From a bacterium (GTDB lineage: Bacteria; Bacillota_I; Bacilli_A; RF39; UBA660): a stretch of 64,000 nucleotides of DNA. The stretch is from contig JALFTB010000003.1 of NCBI GenBank assembly GCA_022779465.1, positions 638-64,637 on the forward strand, written 5' to 3'. The notes under the pieces were generated by a model. The model had not been told where the DNA came from. It saw only the letters and a program-made list of their open reading frames with translations, and did not search any database. Shown here one piece after another: positions 58,483 to 64,000 of the stretch (position 1 is the stretch's first letter; every line of letters begins with the position of its first letter). The position numbers and the translations under genes were made by a program.

Positions 58483-59484
58483 ATGAAAAGAATAGTAATA
58501 AATGGTTTTGGTCGTATCGGTAGAATAGCCTATCGTTTATTAGTAGGAAATCCTAATTATGAAGTAGTAGCTATTAATAGTCATGGTACTCCAGAAGATA
58601 GTGCTTATCTACTAAAATATGACACAGTTCATCGTTCATTTTTAGAAGATGAAATATCTTATAATGATGAAGGAATAATTGTTGATGGTAAATTTACTAA
58701 AGTATTAGTTATAGATGATCCTAAAGACTATCCATGGAGAGAATTAAATGTTGATGTAGTTTTAGAATGTACTGGTAAATTCACTAAAAAAGAAGATGCC
58801 ATGAAACATATTGAAGCAGGTGCTAAACATGTTATTATTTCTGCTCCTGGTAAAGGCGAAATGAAAACAGTTGTTTATGGTGTTAATGATAATATATTAT
58901 CTGCTGATGATCAAGTTATTTCTGCAGCATCATGTACAACCAACTGCTTAGCTCCAGTCTTAAAATGCATTAATGATACCTTTGGTATTGAATCAGGTTT
59001 TATGACTACTATTCACGCTTACACAAATGATCAAAATACCTTAGACGGTTCTCATAAAAAAGGCATTGCTTCACGTCGTGGTAGAACAGCTGCTTCAAAT
59101 ATTGTTCCCGCATCAACTGGAGCTGCTAGTGCCATTGGTTTAGTTATCCCTGATTTACAAGGAAAACTAGATGGATTTGCTTTTAGAGTTCCCACAAATG
59201 ATGGTTCTGTAATTGATCTATCATTAATCTTAAAAAGAGAAGTAACCAAAGAAGAAGTAAATGAAGCCTTTGTAAATAATCAAAATGAAGTATTAAAGTT
59301 TACTTATGACCCAATTGTTTCAAGCGATATAATTGGTAATGCTTGTGGTTGTTTAGTCGATGGCTTATCAACAAAAGTACTAGATATTAACAAAAGAGAA
59401 ATCAAAGTAGTAGCATGGTATGACAACGAATATGGTTATTCCGCTCAAATGCTTAGAACAATGGATAAACTATTAAAGTTATAA
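58483..59484 (+). CDS. gap: Glyceraldehyde-3-phosphate dehydrogenase (type I)
   Basis: INGFGRIGR, ASCTTNCLAP, STGAA and WYDNE.GY. Confidence 0.96.
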   Translation: MKRIVINGFGRIGRIAYRLLVGNPNYEVVAINSHGTPEDSAYLLKYDTVHRSFLEDEISYNDEGIIVDGKFTKVLVIDDPKDYPWRELNVDVVLECTGKFTKKEDAMKHIEAGAKHVIISAPGKGEMKTVVYGVNDNILSADDQVISAASCTTNCLAPVLKCINDTFGIESGFMTTIHAYTNDQNTLDGSHKKGIASRRGRTAASNIVPASTGAASAIGLVIPDLQGKLDGFAFRVPTNDGSVIDLSLILKREVTKEEVNEAFVNNQNEVLKFTYDPIVSSDIIGNACGCLVDGLSTKVLDINKREIKVVAWYDNEYGYSAQMLRTMDKLLKL

Positions 59485-59493
59485 GAGGTTCCT

Positions 59494-59889
59494 ATGAAAG
59501 CCATTATGGAATATAACGTTACCGGTTCTTTAAAAGGAAAAGTAACATATTATCCTAAAAATAATCATAAAGTACCACTAACAAAAACCATAACTTCAGT
59601 CTTAGAAAGTTTTGAATCAAAAAAGAAAACCTATACTAACTGGGAAAAATATGATTATTTCTTAAACAACATCATGAAAGAATATCCAAACGTATTAAAT
59701 AAAAAAATGTTTACTGAAATAAATAAACAAAAAGAAGAATATCAAGAAATGACTGAAACCCAAAACTTCTATACTAAAGAAGATTATGAAAAAGCTATTA
59801 AAGATATAGATTCTTTATATTTGAATTTAATTCATGAAGTAGAAACTAAAACTAAAACTAAGTTTGGTATTGATTTTACTTTAGAATAA
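59494..59889 (+). CDS. Hypothetical protein
   Basis: 131-aa ORF with a GAGG RBS; no recognised motif. Confidence 0.6.
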   Translation: MKAIMEYNVTGSLKGKVTYYPKNNHKVPLTKTITSVLESFESKKKTYTNWEKYDYFLNNIMKEYPNVLNKKMFTEINKQKEEYQEMTETQNFYTKEDYEKAIKDIDSLYLNLIHEVETKTKTKFGIDFTLE

Positions 59890-59947
59890 CAGAGAAAACA
59901 TGATTTTTCTCTGTTTTTATGTTATAATCAAAAAAGGGAGTTTTTTT

Positions 59948-61036
59948 ATGGTTAGAAATAATAATATCGAAGTAATAAATGCTTGTATTGAAGATCAAAT
60001 AAATCAAACAAGAAAAATTTTAATAAATGAAAAAGGTTGTAAAGACCTAGATGAAAAATATCTAAATTATACCTTAAGAGGGGACTTAAATACTCTTACC
60101 CCTCAAGAAGGATTAAACTTACAAAGAGAAGCTTACTACTATTATGATTTATATCGTATCAATAATTTACCAGCAACTAAAGATGGTTCAAATCCCATTA
60201 TTAGATGCAGACTTCATAATGGTTTTGAATTAGAAGCTAATTCATATCGTTTTAAAAATGTTCAAAGTGCTAAATCAATTAGAAACATTCTTATTAGTAG
60301 TAATGGTGATGTTACTTCTAAAAGAGAATCAACAATTAAAGAATCAAGACAAAAATATTTAAAACATAAAAGTTTTGTATCATCAGGTAATATTTTTACT
60401 AAAGAATTTATGATTGAAGCAAAAGGTGATAAAGAAAGCGTTAAATTATCATATAAACCAGGTAAACGTATCGAAAAAGTATATGGTCCAATTACTCATG
60501 TAACTTATCAAGAAGAGCAAGATACAAAAGAAATAGTTACTGCTTCTGGAGCATACTCTCACTATAAAATATTAGAATTTACATTAAGATTAACTAACAA
60601 TGATTTTACTTCTGGAACCCTTGTTTTAGAAGATCTAGACACTGATAAAACAAGAATAGTTATTAAAGTTAAAGATAACCAAGTAAGTATTTGTAAATAT
60701 TCTCGTAAAGGAAGAAAAATAGATTTATTAGATGGCACTCATAACTTTAATACAATAATTGAATTACTAGAACCAGATACATCTAAAATTGAAAGTCCAT
60801 ACCTAAAAAGACTTATTCATGCCTTTGCATCTGGAGTATCAACAACATTAGTTTATGGTAATGATCACATTGATCCAAGTGATTTTAATTTATCAACAAT
60901 AAACGAATTAGACTCTAAAGTAAGTGATGAAATTAAACAAGTCAAAAGCGAAATTTTAGTTCCTGGCTTATTAAGTGTCGCTGATGAATACTTTGCTATA
61001 GAAAAAACCAAAGACAAAGTTATCAGAAAGGATTAA
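59948..61036 (+). CDS. Hypothetical protein (tandem paralog 1)
   Basis: ATG at 59948 after GGGAG; shares EAN.Y, SNG.V...R and NIF motifs with the next ORF. Confidence 0.65.
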   Translation: MVRNNNIEVINACIEDQINQTRKILINEKGCKDLDEKYLNYTLRGDLNTLTPQEGLNLQREAYYYYDLYRINNLPATKDGSNPIIRCRLHNGFELEANSYRFKNVQSAKSIRNILISSNGDVTSKRESTIKESRQKYLKHKSFVSSGNIFTKEFMIEAKGDKESVKLSYKPGKRIEKVYGPITHVTYQEEQDTKEIVTASGAYSHYKILEFTLRLTNNDFTSGTLVLEDLDTDKTRIVIKVKDNQVSICKYSRKGRKIDLLDGTHNFNTIIELLEPDTSKIESPYLKRLIHAFASGVSTTLVYGNDHIDPSDFNLSTINELDSKVSDEIKQVKSEILVPGLLSVADEYFAIEKTKDKVIRKD

Positions 61037-61037
61037 T

Positions 61038-62069
61038 ATGGAAATACAAACTGAAACAATTAGAAACGATATAATTGAAACTCAAACTAAATTACAAGAT
61101 CATAAATATCGTAATAAATATTTTAACTTTAAAGCTCCATGGGCCTTCTTTATGCAAAGAGAAACCAGAAGATTAACTCTAATCGAAGAATTTGAAGAAG
61201 AATTTGGTATGGAAATTGGAACTCCAACTATCATTCCTTACATGGAAGAAAACATTCCAATTGCTCATTTTACTTATAATGATAATTATTATTTTGAAGC
61301 AAATGGTTATCAAATCTATGATTTAGAAAGAACAAATGGAACTGAAACTATAACCTTTGAAAGTAATGGAAATGTAATTCAAAGTAGAAGAATGAATCAT
61401 GAAATAAGCCCTTATCTATCATTTACTTGTCAAAGTAATATCTTTAAACCTGGATTTTATTTCTGCCTAGAAGGTGATGAAGAAACCCCATCAATTGAAG
61501 TTACTCTAAATGAAAAAGGATTAACAAAAGAATTTGATGAATTAACAATTACTGAAACAGCCAATAAAGAAACCAAAACAATCGTTGAATATCAAATTCC
61601 TAATTATGAACTAGAAATATCTACCGAGTTAAATGCTAGAATGGAAGTTGAATTAATTCAAATCACATTTACCCCAAGAAATAAACATGATGATAAATAT
61701 GTTGTTACTGCCACACCTTCAGATATCGAATTCTTTAAAATAGATTCACATGACCTAAAAACACCATTATCAAAAGAAGAAAAAATTGATATTCTGACAA
61801 CCGATTATTTAAGTCTAACCAAAAATAACTTAATTGCTATCTACCTAGTTAGATTATTTGAAGGCTTACAAGATAGCTTACTAAAAGATGGAAAGCTTAA
61901 CAAAGATTACTTTGATAAAGATATTTTAGTTCAAATCTTAAATTATATTAACGATGAAATGAAAGGATATTTACCAGAAATTTCATCACCATCAATGCAT
62001 AAGAAAGTTGAAAAATTAATTAAAAAAGATCAAAAAAGAATTGACAAAGTACTATCATTATCAAAATAG
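61038..62069 (+). CDS. Hypothetical protein (tandem paralog 2)
   Basis: FEANGYQI, ESNGNVIQSR and SNIF align with the previous ORF. Confidence 0.65.
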   Translation: MEIQTETIRNDIIETQTKLQDHKYRNKYFNFKAPWAFFMQRETRRLTLIEEFEEEFGMEIGTPTIIPYMEENIPIAHFTYNDNYYFEANGYQIYDLERTNGTETITFESNGNVIQSRRMNHEISPYLSFTCQSNIFKPGFYFCLEGDEETPSIEVTLNEKGLTKEFDELTITETANKETKTIVEYQIPNYELEISTELNARMEVELIQITFTPRNKHDDKYVVTATPSDIEFFKIDSHDLKTPLSKEEKIDILTTDYLSLTKNNLIAIYLVRLFEGLQDSLLKDGKLNKDYFDKDILVQILNYINDEMKGYLPEISSPSMHKKVEKLIKKDQKRIDKVLSLSK

Positions 62070-62110
62070 AAGTATTTAATTACTTCTTTTTTTATGATAA
62101 AATACTATTT

Positions 62111-64000
62111 ATGAGTTACATAAAAGGAAAATATAAAACATCAATTTTTGAAGCAACATCTGGCTATAAAGTCGGACTTTTTAAAGTACAAGAAACTGAT
62201 GATAAAGAAATAGAAGAAAATAAAACCTTAACCTTTACTGGTTATTTTACTGAATTAAATAATGAAGATACCTACATTTTATATGGAAACTATATTTTTC
62301 ATGATCGTTATGGTTACCAGTTTAGTGTCACTAACTATGAAAAAGTTATGCCTACTGGAAAAGATGCTATCATCGATTTTTTATCTAGTTCATATGTTAA
62401 AGGTTGCGGAGAAGCCACTGCTAAAAGTATCTACAAAGTCTTTAAAGATGAAACCCTAAATAAAATTAAAGAAAGCAAAGATAATCTTTTATTAGTTCCC
62501 AAAATGACTGAAAAGAAAGCTACAAGTATCTATAATTCTGTCTGTAAATACTTTGAAAAAGACGAAGAAATTATTAAATTAAAAAACATGGGATTTTCTA
62601 TTAAAGAAACCATGGCATTAATAAATATTTATGGCGAACAAACCCTAAATATCATTGAAAAAGATATCTATAACTTATTAGTTAAAATCGACTTTAAAAA
62701 ACTAGATCGTATCTTCTTAAATAATAATGATAAAGAAGATCCAAGAAGAATAAAAGCTTGCATTATTCAAAGTATGAAAAACTTATCATTTGCCCTAGGA
62801 GATATTTACTTATCAAAAGAAGAAATCACTAAATACACTAGTGAACAATATAAAATAAATGCTGACTTAACCCCATACTTTGAAGAACTATTTGCTATTA
62901 AAAAAATCATGATTCAAGAAGATAAATATTATCTAATTGAAGATTATTTAGATGAACTATATATTGCTAAAAATATCCCATATCTAATGACTAAATCAAA
63001 ATTAAATCTAAAGAACTTTGATAACGTTATTAAAGAATGTGAAGAATACCTTCATATTACCTATAATGAAGACCAAAAAAACGCTATCTGGACCAGTTTA
63101 TCTAATAATATAAGTATTATCACTGGTGGCCCAGGAACCGGTAAAACCACTATAATTAAAGGTATAATTAATGCCTATGCTATCATCAATAAATTAAATA
63201 ATCAAGGTATCGATAGACACTTATTATTACTAGCACCAACCGGAAGAGCCTCAAAAAGAATGAGTGAAACAAGTGGTTATGGAGCCAGTACCATTCATAG
63301 ATTTCTTAAATGGGATAAAGAAAACAATATCTTTGGTGTTAACGAATTAAATCAGTTACACTATAATCTAATCATAATAGATGAAACCTCAATGATTGAT
63401 AACCATCTTTTTGCATCTCTTCTAAAAGGTTTAGATTTAACTAATACCCAAATAATTCTAGTAGGTGATGAATACCAATTACCAAGTGTCGGTCCCGGAC
63501 TAATCTTAAGTGATTTAATAAAAAGTAATATTCCTCATATAAGTCTTGAACAAATCTATAGACAAAGTGATAATTCATATATACCAGAACTAGCTAAAAA
63601 TATTAAAAATTGTAATATTGATGAATCAATCAAAACTAAAAGAGATGATTTCTCATTTATTGAGTGTCCTAAAGAAGACATCAAAAAAATAATGATTAAA
63701 GTTCTAGAAAAAATGAATGATAAAAAAGTTCCTGAAAATGCCATTCAAATTCTAGCTCCAATGTATAAAGGTGAAAATGGTATTGATAATCTAAATATAA
63801 CCTTGCAAGAATTCTTTAATCCTGACGATAATCAAAAAGCTGAAGCAATCATTGGCCCCATCACATATCGTGAAGGAGATAAAGTTTTAAATCTAGTTAA
63901 TGATGTTGATAATAATATTTATAATGGAGACATTGGTTACATTGATAGTATCAACTTAAACTCTAAAAAAGATTTTATTATTGTTAACTATGAAGGTAAC
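62111..64000 (+). CDS. recD2: RecD2-like SF1B DNA helicase (runs off the 3' end; missing from the ORF track)
   Basis: Reads MSYIKGKYKTSIFEATSGYKV...ITGGPGTGKTT...LAPTGRASKR...STIHR...IIDETSM...VGDEYQLPSVGPG...IYRQ. Confidence 0.92.
   Translation, partial: MSYIKGKYKTSIFEATSGYKVGLFKVQETDDKEIEENKTLTFTGYFTELNNEDTYILYGNYIFHDRYGYQFSVTNYEKVMPTGKDAIIDFLSSSYVKGCGEATAKSIYKVFKDETLNKIKESKDNLLLVPKMTEKKATSIYNSVCKYFEKDEEIIKLKNMGFSIKETMALINIYGEQTLNIIEKDIYNLLVKIDFKKLDRIFLNNNDKEDPRRIKACIIQSMKNLSFALGDIYLSKEEITKYTSEQYKINADLTPYFEELFAIKKIMIQEDKYYLIEDYLDELYIAKNIPYLMTKSKLNLKNFDNVIKECEEYLHITYNEDQKNAIWTSLSNNISIITGGPGTGKTTIIKGIINAYAIINKLNNQGIDRHLLLLAPTGRASKRMSETSGYGASTIHRFLKWDKENNIFGVNELNQLHYNLIIIDETSMIDNHLFASLLKGLDLTNTQIILVGDEYQLPSVGPGLILSDLIKSNIPHISLEQIYRQSDNSYIPELAKNIKNCNIDESIKTKRDDFSFIECPKEDIKKIMIKVLEKMNDKKVPENAIQILAPMYKGENGIDNLNITLQEFFNPDDNQKAEAIIGPITYREGDKVLNLVNDVDNNIYNGDIGYIDSINLNSKKDFIIVNYEGN

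Noticed and set aside
1319-59249. Numerous 60-160 aa antisense or off-frame ORFs (e.g. 5094-5576, 8104-8325, 16753-17088, 23887-24228, 47179-47592)
   Set aside because: They are shadows of well-supported genes, with no RBS or recognisable motifs.
62262-63744. Short ORFs 62262-62459 (+) and 63556-63744 (-)
   Set aside because: Both lie inside the recD2 reading frame that starts at 62111.
1-64000. CRISPR array
   Set aside because: No regularly spaced 25-40 nt direct repeats were seen; the repeats found are intragenic and in frame.
1-64000. Mycoplasma-type genome with genetic code 4
   Set aside because: TGA ends ORF 3932-4432 right after its sorting tail, long genes are intact under code 11, and peptidoglycan-related genes are present.

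Overview
This is an AT-rich (roughly 27-30% GC by eye) chromosomal segment of a walled, low-GC Bacilli-like bacterium. It uses genetic code 11 (TGA is a stop, TGG is Trp) and encodes FtsEX, a peptidoglycan deacetylase, an LCP protein, DnaB/DnaI and WhiA. Gene content and style suggest an uncultured RF39-like gut lineage, which is an inference. Most of the window is housekeeping: dnaB, dnaI, rmuC, ftsEX, parE, def, two tRNAs, fchA-folD, argS, ruvAB, glyA, thyA, folA, queA, whiA, clpP, gap and recD2. The standout is an approximately 19 kb co-oriented cluster (about 3.9-23.2 kb) directly behind dnaB-dnaI. It encodes a type IV secretion-like machine: three Cys-flanked VirB2-like pilins, an extended VirB6-like protein, PrgI/VirB3-like, VirB4, two VirB8-like candidates, two cell-wall hydrolase fusions and VirD4. 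These genes are interleaved with Flp/TadE/CpaE-like genes, and I see no relaxase, integrase or att sites, so it looks like a domesticated, probably non-conjugative T4SS. Other notable items are a surface protein whose 3' end looks like a diversity-generating retroelement (DGR) variable region, a 534-aa protein with two HEPN-type RNxxxH motifs, two giant prepilin-type adhesins with an SH3b-like tip, a ParE with a D-to-N change in the EGDSA motif, and two candidate structured RNAs. All family calls come from motif recognition by eye; no searches were run.
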